Shown here piece after piece: positions 7,065 through 16,518 of a DNA stretch of 33,861 nucleotides (positions are counted from its first letter, which is position 1; each line of letters begins with the position of its first letter). Origin of the DNA: a virus (taxonomy: Duplodnaviria > Caudoviricetes). The DNA lies in IMG/VR virus record IMGVR_UViG_3300025267_000058, positions 1 to 33,861 of that record; one strand, 5' to 3'. A model generated the notes under the pieces. It worked only from the letters and a program-made list of their open reading frames with translations. It was not told the origin of the DNA and ran no database searches. Position numbers and translations under genes: made by a program.

Positions 7065-7148
7065 ATGAAGAAAGATTTATTTTTATTTCTTATTGGGATA
7101 ATAATTATCGCAGGATTTATAGTATTTTATGGAGGATTAGGACAATGA
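7065..7148 (+). CDS. small single-TM peptide (27 aa, MKKDLFLFLIGIIIIAGFIVFYGGLGQ)
   Basis: AAGGAG SD, hydrophobic core, ATGA overlap with the next gene. Confidence 0.6.
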   Translation: MKKDLFLFLIGIIIIAGFIVFYGGLGQ

Positions 7149-7357
7149 AGTTTAACTTTAAAACATCAACAGAAGTGTATGATTATGTGAGTGTTAACTC
7201 TTCTCATGCTCCTGATGCATGGGCATCTTCAATGATAGAAGCATACATAGAAGATATGGATGGTGAACCACTCGATACTAAAGAATTAAATGAGTGGCTT
7301 GAAGATGAGTTAACTGAGATTGAAGACGGATACAAAGAATTTATTGACAATCACTGA
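7145..7357 (+). CDS. hypothetical highly acidic protein
   Basis: ORF with GGAGG SD. Confidence 0.75.
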   Translation: MKFNFKTSTEVYDYVSVNSSHAPDAWASSMIEAYIEDMDGEPLDTKELNEWLEDELTEIEDGYKEFIDNH

Positions 7358-7372
7358 GTAGTATGTTATAAT
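7344..7372 (+). promoter_or_regulatory. sigma70-type promoter
   Basis: TTGACA (7344-7349), 17 nt, TATAAT (7367-7372), extended -10 TG. Confidence 0.9.
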
Positions 7373-7397
7373 GAAGATACAACTAATGGAGAAGAAT

Positions 7398-8327
7398 ATG
7401 TTTGATCATAGTAAAATAGATTTTAAGGTAGAGAAGTTCTCACTGATGCACCAATGGGAACCAGATAATTTATCTATTCCTGTTATAAAATCTGCTGAAA
7501 TTCCTTCAGAGATAGGGGTAGGTCTGAGGCGTACAGATACTAAAGAACCTATAGGTATTGTCTCTGATGAGTACTTCCCTGTTCAGTATGCAGAGATAGT
7601 AGATGGTGTAGAACAGGCACTCAAACAAGCTGAGATAGACATGACTGATGCTACGTTTACAACTGATGTCTATGATCGAGGAGCCAAGCTTGAACTGAGA
7701 GCTAAATTCCCTGCCCATCAGATGACCATGCGTGAAAATAAAGATGTCGTTACCCCTGAGTTTGTCTTTAGGACTTCTCATAACAGGACATGGGCTAACA
7801 ATGGTATGATGGGACTATGGAGAAGTTTCTGCTACAATACATTAGTATCAGGTGACAAGCTGGCCTATGTCTATGGTAGGCATACCAAGAACTTCAACAT
7901 CTCTGGATTTGCCTCTAAGGTTAAGACGGCAGGTGAGTTTATCTCAGGCTCTGGTCTTGAGGAGATGCGTAACTGGTATGATACCCCATTAAAAAGATAT
8001 CAGGCTATCAATCTCTTCACTAAAACACTGGCTCAACGTACTGATAATGTCAGTAAGAAGAAGGTAGCTAACAAAGTTATGCTATCTAACCTCATGAAGA
8101 TCTTCGATGAAGAGAACCGTCACATACATGGACGTGGACACTATGAAACCTATGGTCAGAGAGAGGAAGGAACCCTCTGGACTGCATACAATGCGGCTAC
8201 CTACTGGTCTTCACATCCTCATAACATGAATAATAAAACTGGTTCCCCACATAACGTGAAGGTTAACAGAGAAGATAAGGTCAGGAAGATGTTAGCGTCT
8301 CCAGAATGGGAGGCGTTAGCAGCGTGA
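7398..8327 (+). CDS. DUF932-family phage/plasmid protein
   Basis: RRTDT..PIGIVSDEY.PVQ, RTSHN, RSFCYNTL, RHTKN, GTLWTAYNAATYW motifs; start moved to ATG 7398 (GGAG SD) because 7371 lies in the -10 box. Confidence 0.75.
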   Translation: MFDHSKIDFKVEKFSLMHQWEPDNLSIPVIKSAEIPSEIGVGLRRTDTKEPIGIVSDEYFPVQYAEIVDGVEQALKQAEIDMTDATFTTDVYDRGAKLELRAKFPAHQMTMRENKDVVTPEFVFRTSHNRTWANNGMMGLWRSFCYNTLVSGDKLAYVYGRHTKNFNISGFASKVKTAGEFISGSGLEEMRNWYDTPLKRYQAINLFTKTLAQRTDNVSKKKVANKVMLSNLMKIFDEENRHIHGRGHYETYGQREEGTLWTAYNAATYWSSHPHNMNNKTGSPHNVKVNREDKVRKMLASPEWEALAA

Positions 8328-8479
8328 ACTGCTGGCACTGCAAGACAGAGTTAATCTGGGGCGGTGATCATGACATAGAACATGAAGATGAGAACTATGC
8401 TATGGTCACTAACCTCAGTTGCCCTGCATGTAAGAGTATAGTAGATGTCTACTTACCAAAGGAGAAAGAAGATGAATAA
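8324..8479 (+). CDS. small zinc-ribbon protein (51 aa, GTG start)
   Basis: CWHC...LIWGGDHD...NLSCPAC; GGAGG SD; GTGA overlap. Confidence 0.8.
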   Translation: MNCWHCKTELIWGGDHDIEHEDENYAMVTNLSCPACKSIVDVYLPKEKEDE

Positions 8480-8675
8480 CTTATTAGTATTCAACGATAG
8501 TCATAAGAGCGATGGCTTTGAGAAAGCTATTGATCTTGTTAATAAACTTTTAGAAGCTCATGCCATACGAATTAAAACACAATTCATAGAGGACTATGTG
8601 AGTGATGATGGAGAGTTTGCATGGCATGTCAGTGTAGTTCCAGATGATTTACCTGTGAGTAGGAGGGAAGGATAA
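8472..8675 (+). CDS. hypothetical protein
   Basis: Start moved to ATG 8472 after AAGGAG. Confidence 0.7.
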   Translation: MNNLLVFNDSHKSDGFEKAIDLVNKLLEAHAIRIKTQFIEDYVSDDGEFAWHVSVVPDDLPVSRREG

Positions 8676-8821
8676 TGGCACAGTATAATATATATCCACG
8701 TTCTAAAGTAGAAGAGTTAGTTAGGAACTTTGTTGTCGATAATAAAATTCACGCAGTGTATAGTAAAGACAGCGAAGGCTTGTTCAGAGTAGACTTTTTA
8801 GTTGGGGACGAGGAGGAGTAA
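8675..8821 (+). CDS. small hypothetical protein (48 aa, MAQYNIYPRS...)
   Basis: AGGAGG SD, TAATG overlaps. Confidence 0.7.
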   Translation: MAQYNIYPRSKVEELVRNFVVDNKIHAVYSKDSEGLFRVDFLVGDEEE

Positions 8822-8997
8822 TGCAACTCAGAAAAGAAAGGATAGAACAAGTCAAGGACATAGCCTTGGCTAATTTAAAGAGGGCTGATAACAGCAGGGG
8901 TGACTTGGACAAAGAGAAGTACTGGTCACTCTATCGGGCTGATGTCAGAGAACTACTTGGTATTATTAGAAGTCTTGAAGAGGAGAGAGACAAATGA
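8821..8997 (+). CDS. small hypothetical protein (58 aa, MQLRKERIEQ...)
   Basis: GAGGAGG SD, coupled overlaps. Confidence 0.7.
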   Translation: MQLRKERIEQVKDIALANLKRADNSRGDLDKEKYWSLYRADVRELLGIIRSLEEERDK

Positions 8998-9149
8998 GTA
9001 AAAAAGGTAAGAAAATCTTTATGAGTGGAGGTAAAAATATAGCATTAGGTAAAAGAGGACCAAGAAAAAGTATGTATGACCATAGTTTTAGACAAGCTCA
9101 GTTGGATCATACAAGAAAAATATTAAAAGTTAGGAGAGACAATGGCTGA
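8994..9149 (+). CDS. small basic protein (51 aa, MSKKGKKIFMSGG...)
   Basis: AGGAG SD, ATGA overlap. Confidence 0.65.
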   Translation: MSKKGKKIFMSGGKNIALGKRGPRKSMYDHSFRQAQLDHTRKILKVRRDNG

Positions 9150-9312
9150 TGAAGAACTAGATGAAAAAGATTTAAAGATTAAAGCTCTTGAATCAGAACT
9201 TGAACAACATAAAAAATTATTTAACATACACAGAGCAGGGTTACAGCCCTATCTTGATGGTATAGTTAAAGAGATAGTATCTAAATTACACATCGTATAC
9301 AAGGAGAAGTAG
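9142..9312 (+). CDS. small hypothetical protein (56 aa, MADEELDEKDL...)
   Basis: AGGAG SD, abuts the next ATG. Confidence 0.7.
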   Translation: MADEELDEKDLKIKALESELEQHKKLFNIHRAGLQPYLDGIVKEIVSKLHIVYKEK

Positions 9313-9510
9313 ATGTTTATAGTATTTTCTATGATAACAAATCTTATTTTTTACATAGACAACAAAGAGTTCTTTGATGAAGTACATCAACAGACAACCA
9401 CTAACCCTGACCTGACCTGGAATTATGTGGGAAAACAAAGGGTTAACCCTAATGTTAAATCTATTACGTTAGGAGATGACTACATTTATTTTAGGTTGGA
9501 GGAGAAGTAA
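9313..9510 (+). CDS. hypothetical protein
   Basis: ORF with AAGGAG SD. Confidence 0.7.
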   Translation: MFIVFSMITNLIFYIDNKEFFDEVHQQTTTNPDLTWNYVGKQRVNPNVKSITLGDDYIYFRLEEK

Positions 9511-9511
9511 G

Positions 9512-9931
9512 ATGAGTGTCATCGAAGGTAAGGTATGGGGTAGTACAGAACCTATACTGCAATCACCAGCCGTAGAAGTACATAGAATTAAGGTAGATCT
9601 TGGAGCGTATTGTTCACAACATAAGCATCAATCAAAGATCAATATGTTCTATGTTATCAGCGGTGAGTTAGAGATCCAGAGATGGAAAGACTATGGCTTA
9701 TGTGACAGCACTCACCTGTTTGCTGGCGATACTTCTATCGTACCAGCAGGGGAGATGCATAAGTTCATAGCCCATCAGGAGACAGAAGCCTTAGAGATAT
9801 ATTGGGCTGAGTTAAATCATAATGATATCCAACGAACTAATGTAGGAGGAGCATCATATGAAGATAAGGAAAGTGAAAGTGTAATAAAAGACGGTTCAAT
9901 ACTAGGCAACTTATTTCCAAGGGAGGGATAA
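9512..9931 (+). CDS. cupin-domain protein (mannose-6-phosphate isomerase-like)
   Basis: CSQHKH..KINMFYVISGEL and GD...VPAGEMHKF cupin motifs; start moved to ATG 9512 after GGAGGAG. Confidence 0.8.
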   Translation: MSVIEGKVWGSTEPILQSPAVEVHRIKVDLGAYCSQHKHQSKINMFYVISGELEIQRWKDYGLCDSTHLFAGDTSIVPAGEMHKFIAHQETEALEIYWAELNHNDIQRTNVGGASYEDKESESVIKDGSILGNLFPREG

Positions 9932-9989
9932 AATGGATATCTTATTGTTATTATTTTTATTATTATAAGGCGTAACTAAGGGGTTTTTT

Positions 9990-10178
9990 ATGTCATATAT
10001 TATAGTACACGTTGAGGATGCAAAGGATCTTCAATCAATGGAGATCCTACCAGACTCAGAAGGAAAAGGAGTGCAGCACTTTAATACTAAGATGGAAGCC
10101 TCTGAATTTCTTATGAAGATAGGGATGGGTACTGACCTATGGTTTAATAGAGACATACATATTGTGAGGCTACAATGA
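9990..10178 (+). CDS. hypothetical protein
   Basis: ORF, ATGA overlap with the next gene. Confidence 0.7.
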   Translation: MSYIIVHVEDAKDLQSMEILPDSEGKGVQHFNTKMEASEFLMKIGMGTDLWFNRDIHIVRLQ

Positions 10179-10648
10179 GAGTGTTAGTATCAGCTTTAGT
10201 ATTTCTTTTTCTTTTAATGCCAACAGCCAAGGCAGATAATTTTAATTGTTTGGTTGAAGCTCTGTATCATGAGGCAAGGTCAGAGAGTATGCTTGCTATG
10301 CTTAGTGTAGCTAATGTAATACTAACAAGAAAAGAAAGTAGCAACTATCCTAATACAATATGTGGAGTAGTACATCAGGGGAAGTATTGGAAAGGCAATC
10401 CTGTCAGGGACAAATGCCACTTCAGCTATTGGTGTGATGGTAGACCAGAAAGGTTTACGGATATGGCAGGGTTAATTAAATCTATCAACGTTGCAGAAAT
10501 GTCACTCAAGGGGATACAAGTAAAGCAGACAGTGGGTTCCACTCACTATCATGCAAGCTATGTTTCCCCCAGATGGGCATCAAACCCCTACTTTAAATCA
10601 TTAGGTCAGGTAGGGACACACATCTTTTATCTTGACACATCTAATTAA
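10175..10648 (+). CDS. SleB-like cell wall hydrolase (Hydrolase_2) with signal peptide
   Basis: CLVEALYHEARSE, VANVILTR, YPNTICGVVHQ, CHFSYWCDG, THYHASYVSPRW, GTHIFY. Confidence 0.9.
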   Translation: MRVLVSALVFLFLLMPTAKADNFNCLVEALYHEARSESMLAMLSVANVILTRKESSNYPNTICGVVHQGKYWKGNPVRDKCHFSYWCDGRPERFTDMAGLIKSINVAEMSLKGIQVKQTVGSTHYHASYVSPRWASNPYFKSLGQVGTHIFYLDTSN

Positions 10649-10660
10649 ATAGTGTAATAT
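10632..10660 (+). promoter_or_regulatory. sigma70-type promoter upstream of the replication module
   Basis: TTGACA (10632-10637), 17 nt, TAATAT (10655-10660). Confidence 0.6.
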
Positions 10661-10685
10661 ATAATTATATATAAAGGAATATATT

Positions 10686-10889
10686 ATGAAATATATATCA
10701 ATAATATTTCTAGTATTTTTATTAAACTCTAGTACTAGTATGTCAAAAGAAATTATATCTCAGGAAAGATGGGAAAATATTAATAAAGTATTGTCTTCTC
10801 CTGTTTCTTGTACCGATACGTGGATAGATATAGTAAAATTATTAGAAGGTAAATGTGCAGATGACAACTCAGACAGAGAAACTCAATAA
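10686..10889 (+). CDS. hypothetical protein with signal peptide
   Basis: AAGGA SD; hydrophobic N-terminus. Confidence 0.65.
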   Translation: MKYISIIFLVFLLNSSTSMSKEIISQERWENINKVLSSPVSCTDTWIDIVKLLEGKCADDNSDRETQ

Positions 10890-11013
10890 ATATATTCAGG
10901 TTTTAAAAAAACACTTGGAAGAAAAAGAGGAAACTATAATTAAGTTACGTAAAGAATTATCTGAATTAAATTATGTCAACGCTAACAAGAAATGGGCAGA
11001 GTTAGATGAGTAA
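10861..11013 (+). CDS. small coiled-coil protein (50 aa, MTTQTEKLNKYIQ...)
   Basis: Open frame filling the gap, AAGGT SD. Confidence 0.6.
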   Translation: MTTQTEKLNKYIQVLKKHLEEKEETIIKLRKELSELNYVNANKKWAELDE

Positions 11014-11191
11014 AAATTTATGGCAGAAGGACAGGCAAAACTTATTTAGAGAATTGGTTAGACAATACAGTGAAGAAGGGTACACCCAGAAGGAGTCTAA
11101 AAAGTTTGCCAAGCGAGAGATTGATGAAATCATGGCTGACAAGGAAGACTTTGTTAGAAACTTATGGGGAGAAACTTTTGATGAAGTCTGA
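11006..11191 (+). CDS. hypothetical protein
   Basis: ORF in the coupled chain. Confidence 0.7.
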   Translation: MSKNLWQKDRQNLFRELVRQYSEEGYTQKESKKFAKREIDEIMADKEDFVRNLWGETFDEV

Positions 11192-11369
11192 ATGGGAAGT
11201 TATTCTTGATAGAAATACAGAAAAGATTTCTGTAGGTAAGTTTAAAACTAAGAGAGAAGCAGAGGAACAGGTAGAGTATCGCTATACCTTATGCAGACAT
11301 CTAGGGTATGATCCTGACTTGACTTATCGAATAAGAAAGAGTAAACCAAATAAACAACAGGAGATTTAA
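11181..11369 (+). CDS. hypothetical protein
   Basis: Start moved to ATG 11181 after GGGGAG; abuts the primase start. Confidence 0.65.
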   Translation: MKSEWEVILDRNTEKISVGKFKTKREAEEQVEYRYTLCRHLGYDPDLTYRIRKSKPNKQQEI

Positions 11370-13001
11370 ATGGCTACTCAATGGCCGAATAGAGGGACTT
11401 GTCCTGAGTGTGGGGCAAGTAATGCAAATGTTCAACATGAAGATGGACATTCATTTTGTTTTAGTTGCGAGACACGATTTGGTAATGAAGAAACTAAGAA
11501 CGCTCAGATTATTCCTATGTCAGAGAAAAGCTCTGAGTACTGTAAAATGAAAGGAATGATAGACGCTATACCTGATCGTATGATAGCTAAAGATACTGTT
11601 AAGAAGTTTAATACTCAAGTCAAGAAGACAGGTAGTAATATTACCCATCATATCTATCAGTACTTTGATGCTGATGGAAATCATATAGCAAATAAAGTAA
11701 GGGAAGTAGTAGGTAAAAAGTTCTGGTCTGAGGGTAGTCTATCCAATGCCTTACTTTTTGGGCAGAACATATTTAATCAAGGCGGTAAGTATATCACTGT
11801 ATGTGAGGGAGAGATAGATGCTATGTCTGCCTATGAGTTAATGGGCAGTAAGTGGCCTGTTGTCTCAATCAAGAACGGTGCGCCATCAGCCTTGGATAAC
11901 TGTAAGAAAGCTTTCGATTATCTTAACAAGTTTGAAACAGTTGTCTTATGTTTTGATAATGATAAGCAGGGAAGGGAAGCATCTAAAAAAGTAGCCCAAC
12001 TCTTTGAACCTAACAAGTGTAAGATTGCCAACCTAGAACTAAAGGATGCAAATGAGTATTTAAAAACAGGACAAAGAGAAAAGTTTACTCAGGCATGGTG
12101 GAACTCTAAGCCTTATACTCCAGCAGGTATAGTTAATCTTGCCGATCTGGGGGATAGTCTCTATGAAGAAGAGTATTGTGAGACTTGTCCTTACCCTTGG
12201 TCTAAGATGAACGAGAAGACCTATGGTATACGTACTGGTGAACTTGTTACATTCACCAGTGGGGCAGGGATGGGCAAGAGTAGTGTTATCAGAGAACTAA
12301 TACATCATGTTATGACCAGTACTCTGGATAACATAGGGCTTCTTTGTATGGAAGAGAATACTAAAAATACAGCATTCAATATCATGTCTGTTGAAGCCAA
12401 TGCCCGACTGTATATTAAAGAGATTAGGGAAAAGTATACCAGAGAACAACTGAAGGGATGGCAAAAGAAAACTATTGACAGTAAAAGGTTCTATGCCTTT
12501 GATCATTTCGGTTCTGTATCTAATGATGAGATACTGGACAGAGTAAGGTACATGGCGAAGGGCTTGGATTGTAAGTGGATATTTCTGGATCACCTCTCCA
12601 TACTCATATCAGGGAACGAAGAGTTTGGGGATGAGAGAAAGTCTATTGATGTTCTTATGACTAAGTTAAGATCCCTTGTAGAGGAGACAGGTGTGGCTCT
12701 GTTGCTTGTCTCTCACTTGCGTAGGCCAGCAGGAGACAGAGGCCATGAGGATGGCAGAGAGATAACCCTGTCGCATCTTAGGGGATCTGCCAGCATAGGT
12801 CATCTATCAGACAGCGTTATTGGATTGGAAAGAAATCAACAGGCAGAGGATGAGATGGAAGCTAACACTACTACTCTTCGTATCCTTAAGAACCGATACA
12901 CTGGGGATACAGGCATAGCTTGTCATCTACATTACAATAAAGAAACAGGTAGAATGACACAGGTTGATAATCCTTTTATGGAGAATGATGATGCCTCTTA
13001 A
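11370..13001 (+). CDS. T7 gp4-like DNA primase-helicase
   Basis: Zn finger CPECG...CFSC, TOPRIM EGEIDA and FDND, Walker A GAGMGKS, FLDHL, VSHLRR, LRGSASI, KNRYTG. Confidence 0.97.
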   Translation: MATQWPNRGTCPECGASNANVQHEDGHSFCFSCETRFGNEETKNAQIIPMSEKSSEYCKMKGMIDAIPDRMIAKDTVKKFNTQVKKTGSNITHHIYQYFDADGNHIANKVREVVGKKFWSEGSLSNALLFGQNIFNQGGKYITVCEGEIDAMSAYELMGSKWPVVSIKNGAPSALDNCKKAFDYLNKFETVVLCFDNDKQGREASKKVAQLFEPNKCKIANLELKDANEYLKTGQREKFTQAWWNSKPYTPAGIVNLADLGDSLYEEEYCETCPYPWSKMNEKTYGIRTGELVTFTSGAGMGKSSVIRELIHHVMTSTLDNIGLLCMEENTKNTAFNIMSVEANARLYIKEIREKYTREQLKGWQKKTIDSKRFYAFDHFGSVSNDEILDRVRYMAKGLDCKWIFLDHLSILISGNEEFGDERKSIDVLMTKLRSLVEETGVALLLVSHLRRPAGDRGHEDGREITLSHLRGSASIGHLSDSVIGLERNQQAEDEMEANTTTLRILKNRYTGDTGIACHLHYNKETGRMTQVDNPFMENDDAS

Positions 13002-13575
13002 AAATAATTATAAATGGAGTTGGGAACAGTACGAAGGACAAACATATAATCAAAAGTATTATCAAAAGAATAAAGAGAGTATTCTTGCATACGGTAAACA
13101 ATGGTATCAGGATAATAAAGAATATTCTAGCCAACGAAATAAAAAATATATAGAAGGACACAAAGAAAGATTAAATAAATTGAAGAGAGAAAGAAATAAA
13201 AAAGCTTGGGGAGATTTTAATGATCCCTACTGGTTTAAACGAAGGTGTTCAGCTATAAAAACTAGAGCCAAATCTTTTAATTTAGATTTCGATTTAGATC
13301 CTGAATACTTAAAAAGTATATTTCCCAAAGATAAAAAGTGTCCAGCTTTAGGACTACCCTTTATAATAGGAAGTAGATATGTTAAAGGAAAAGAGAAACA
13401 TCAAACGGTATCTCTGGATAGAATTAATAGTAATAAGGGATATATAAAAGGTAATGTACAGTGGGTAAGTTTTTTAGCTAATACTATTATGACAAATGCT
13501 ACACCAGATCAGGTGATAAAGGTAGGCAAACACTTTAAAAAAATACTGGAGAATAACAATGAAGAAACCCTTTAG
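12991..13575 (+). CDS. HNH-like (His-Me finger) endonuclease, probable homing endonuclease
   Basis: KCPALG...SLDRINSNKGYIKGNVQWVSFLAN; N-terminal YYxxNKE helical repeats; start chosen by GGAG spacing. Confidence 0.75.
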   Translation: MPLKNNYKWSWEQYEGQTYNQKYYQKNKESILAYGKQWYQDNKEYSSQRNKKYIEGHKERLNKLKRERNKKAWGDFNDPYWFKRRCSAIKTRAKSFNLDFDLDPEYLKSIFPKDKKCPALGLPFIIGSRYVKGKEKHQTVSLDRINSNKGYIKGNVQWVSFLANTIMTNATPDQVIKVGKHFKKILENNNEETL

Positions 13576-14032
13576 TAAAACAACATATGACATAGCCGAT
13601 ACGACAGCCAAGAAACATATGATTGGATGGTTAGAACATACTCAACCAAGATGTACCGTTAATTCTAAAGAGACTACTTACTTTGACCTGACTGTTAAGA
13701 CAGATGATGGAGGAGATGCACAACTCTATGAAGTGGAAATAAAGTATGCATGGAAAGAAGAGTGGCCCGATACATGGGATGAATTACGTATCCCTCATAG
13801 AAAGAAAAGATTACTGGATAAGTGGAAGGAAGATTACAGACATTGCTTGTTAACTTTCATAGTTTTTAATCATGACTGTAGTAAGGCATGGCATATAGAT
13901 GGAGATACGGTACTGGAAAGTGAAGTCAAGGAAGCATCAAATAGATATGTAAAGAAAGGCGAGTTGTTTTTTCACATCCCTATTAAACAAGCTTATCAGG
14001 TGGACATGACATATGACAAAGGCAATAGTTGA
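13559..14032 (+). CDS. putative PD-(D/E)XK nuclease-fold protein
   Basis: FDL...YEVEIK motif. Confidence 0.55.
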   Translation: MKKPFSKTTYDIADTTAKKHMIGWLEHTQPRCTVNSKETTYFDLTVKTDDGGDAQLYEVEIKYAWKEEWPDTWDELRIPHRKKRLLDKWKEDYRHCLLTFIVFNHDCSKAWHIDGDTVLESEVKEASNRYVKKGELFFHIPIKQAYQVDMTYDKGNS

Positions 14033-15674
14033 TATTGAAACAGACGGTTTGGAAGCAAGCTTAATACATTGTATCGCCGCCCGAAACTATGAAACCAATG
14101 AGGTAAAGACATGGGTTGGAGATGAGTGTAGAGAGTTTGCTTCTTGGTCTAAAGCTATAGATACTTTCATCATGCACAATGGAATTAGTTTCGATGCCCC
14201 TATTTTAAATAGACTAACAGGATCTACTATTAAACCATCTCAGATAAGAGATACTCTAATTGAATCCCAATTATTTAATCCTATCAGGGAGGGTGGTCAT
14301 TCTCTGGAAGCATGGGGAAAGAGATTAAAATTTTCTAAAGGAGAGTGTAATGACTTTACGACATTCAGTGAAGACATGTTGCAGTATTGTGAGCGTGATA
14401 CGGAACTTACTGGGAGGATGGCGGCTGTCTTATCAAAAGAAGGTATTGCGTTCTCATCTAGATCGTATGACCTTGAAAGAAAAATAAGACTTATCATAGA
14501 TCAGCAACAAAAGAATGGGTTTGCTTTTAATATACGTAAAGCTATGTTGTTATTGTCTCAGCTTGAAGATGAACAACATGAACTGGAACGTACAGCAGAG
14601 GAGATGTTTAAACCTACAGAGGTTAAGCTCAAGACCAAGACTAAGTATATCCCTTTCAATATAGCAAGTCGTAAGCAAATAGCGGAACGCTTAATGGAAC
14701 TTGGTTGGAAGCCTAAACAATTTGGAAAGGAGATAGAATTAAAGGACGGCAGTACAAAGAAAAACGTAGTAGTATCAGAAGAAATTCTTGACAAAATAAA
14801 TATGAAAGAAGCTAAAATGTTTAGCCGATACTTCCTCTTACAGAAACGTACAGGCTTGCTCAAGTCTTGGATACAGGCATGTGATGAGGATGAGAGAGTA
14901 AGAGGGAGAGTGCTTACTCTTAAAACTGTAACAGGTAGGATGGCCCATCACAGTCCTAACATGGCCCAAGTACCAGCCAGTTATAGTCCTTATGGTAAGG
15001 AATGCAGGGAACTATGGACAGTCTCTAATTCTGATACCCATACTCTGGTAGGTACAGATGCCAGTGGTCTGGAGTTAAGATGTCTTGCTCACTACATGGA
15101 AGATGAAGACTTTACTAAAGAGGTTCTTACTGGTGATGTCCATACAGCTAACATGAAAGCTGCTGGACTAACCAACAGGGATCAAGCAAAAACTTTCATC
15201 TATGCCTTTCTTTATGGGGCTGGATCATCCAAGATAGGTAAGGTGGTAGGAGGTAATGCCAAGAGAGGACAGGAATTAATTGATAACTTCCTAAAAAATA
15301 TGCCGAAGCTAAAGCTACTAAGAAATAATGTTATGGAAAAATCACAGGAGGGAACTGTAGGAGCATTGGATGGAAGACAGTTACAGATCAGAGCTTCTTA
15401 TGCCAGCCTCAATACTCTACTACAGGGAGCAGGAGCAATCGTGTGTAAGCAATGGCTTGTTCATATGGATGAACGCATTAGAAAGACAGGGATAGATGTA
15501 AAGCTTGTAGCCTCAATACATGATGAGTATCAGTTTGAAGTAGCTAAGGGAGATACCAAAAGATTTGGACAGATAACTAAGGAAGCAATGAAAGAAGCTG
15601 AGAGAACTTTAAAGATGAAGTGTCCTCTGGATTGTGAATACAAAGAAGGTTTAACATGGGCAGACACTCATTAA
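14013..15674 (+). CDS. polA: DNA polymerase family A (T7-like) with 3'-5' exonuclease
   Basis: DIETD, HNGISFD, TGR, DASGLELRCLAHY, RDQAKTFIYAFLYG, LLQGAGA, IHDEYQ. Confidence 0.97.
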   Translation: MTKAIVDIETDGLEASLIHCIAARNYETNEVKTWVGDECREFASWSKAIDTFIMHNGISFDAPILNRLTGSTIKPSQIRDTLIESQLFNPIREGGHSLEAWGKRLKFSKGECNDFTTFSEDMLQYCERDTELTGRMAAVLSKEGIAFSSRSYDLERKIRLIIDQQQKNGFAFNIRKAMLLLSQLEDEQHELERTAEEMFKPTEVKLKTKTKYIPFNIASRKQIAERLMELGWKPKQFGKEIELKDGSTKKNVVVSEEILDKINMKEAKMFSRYFLLQKRTGLLKSWIQACDEDERVRGRVLTLKTVTGRMAHHSPNMAQVPASYSPYGKECRELWTVSNSDTHTLVGTDASGLELRCLAHYMEDEDFTKEVLTGDVHTANMKAAGLTNRDQAKTFIYAFLYGAGSSKIGKVVGGNAKRGQELIDNFLKNMPKLKLLRNNVMEKSQEGTVGALDGRQLQIRASYASLNTLLQGAGAIVCKQWLVHMDERIRKTGIDVKLVASIHDEYQFEVAKGDTKRFGQITKEAMKEAERTLKMKCPLDCEYKEGLTWADTH

Positions 15675-15682
15675 AAAAGTGC

Positions 15683-15711
15683 TTGACAAAGTATTTATTA
15701 TGTGGTACTAT
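15683..15711 (+). promoter_or_regulatory. sigma70-type promoter
   Basis: TTGACA (15683-15688), 17 nt, TACTAT (15706-15711), extended -10 TG. Confidence 0.8.
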
Positions 15712-15736
15712 TAAAGTAGAATAGGAGTAGTTGGTA

Positions 15737-15910
15737 ATGGAGCAAACGATTGAAGATAAAATCTATGAGGTAGGATATTTAGAAAGAGAAATTTCAAGAT
15801 TTCAGAATCATAAAAGACGAGGAGATTGGAAATTTATAGAAGATAATATTTCTCACTATCAGAAAGTAAAGAAAAAACTTATATCTGAAATAAGTCAGGA
15901 AAACAGATAG
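15737..15910 (+). CDS. small hypothetical protein (57 aa, MEQTIEDKIYEVG...)
   Basis: AGGAG SD downstream of the promoter; open frame to TAG 15908-15910. Confidence 0.65.
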   Translation: MEQTIEDKIYEVGYLEREISRFQNHKRRGDWKFIEDNISHYQKVKKKLISEISQENR

Positions 15911-16000
15911 GCTTTATATATGGAAGGAGAAAAATCGGCAAAGAAAAATTTAAAGTAGAACGTTATAATCTGAATGTTATTATCAAAAGGAGTAAAGTAA

Positions 16001-16459
16001 ATGAGTGTAATTTCTGGACAGGCATATTGGGCGCATGTGATTGCCCCTAATACTAAGTTTAATCCCGATGGGGAATGGAGCATAGAGATTTGCAATCTTA
16101 ATGCTAAGAATAAAAAGGTTGCAGAAGCCGATGGTCTTACCATCAAAAACAAGGGTGATGAAAGAGGAGACTTTGTTACCCTGAAACAGTATGCACGTAG
16201 TAAGGATGGTTCTTTTCGCCCCATGACGGTGAAGGATTCTGAGCGCAATGTTTTCCCCTCTAGTAAGCGTATCGGAAATGGCTCTAGTGTTAATGCCAGT
16301 TACTTTCCCAAACCATACACGCAGTATGGTGGGGGCGTTAAGGGCTATCTTAATGCCGTGCAAGTAGTAGACTTGGTTGAGTATAATGTTGATGAGTTTG
16401 ATGTAGTTGAAGGAGGCTATGTCAATAATGAAGCTGAAGAAATTCCTTTCGCTTCCTAA
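16001..16459 (+). CDS. single-stranded DNA-binding protein (T7 gp2.5-like)
   Basis: IGNGS.VN, LNAVQVVDLVEY, acidic tail ending EEIPFAS; AAGGAG SD. Confidence 0.85.
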   Translation: MSVISGQAYWAHVIAPNTKFNPDGEWSIEICNLNAKNKKVAEADGLTIKNKGDERGDFVTLKQYARSKDGSFRPMTVKDSERNVFPSSKRIGNGSSVNASYFPKPYTQYGGGVKGYLNAVQVVDLVEYNVDEFDVVEGGYVNNEAEEIPFAS

Positions 16460-16475
16460 ACCCTAAAGGAGACTT

Positions 16476-16518
16476 GGAGAGTAGTAGCCTATGGTAGGTT
16501 TACTACTCTCCCTTTTTT
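16476..16518 (+). terminator. Rho-independent terminator after the SSB gene
   Basis: GGAGAGTAGTA...TACTACTCTCC long stem followed by CTTTTTT. Confidence 0.8.

Noticed and set aside
15911-16000. TATAAT at 15964-15969 as an SSB promoter, and a 12-codon mini-ORF
   Set aside because: No -35 box or extended -10; the mini-ORF has no SD
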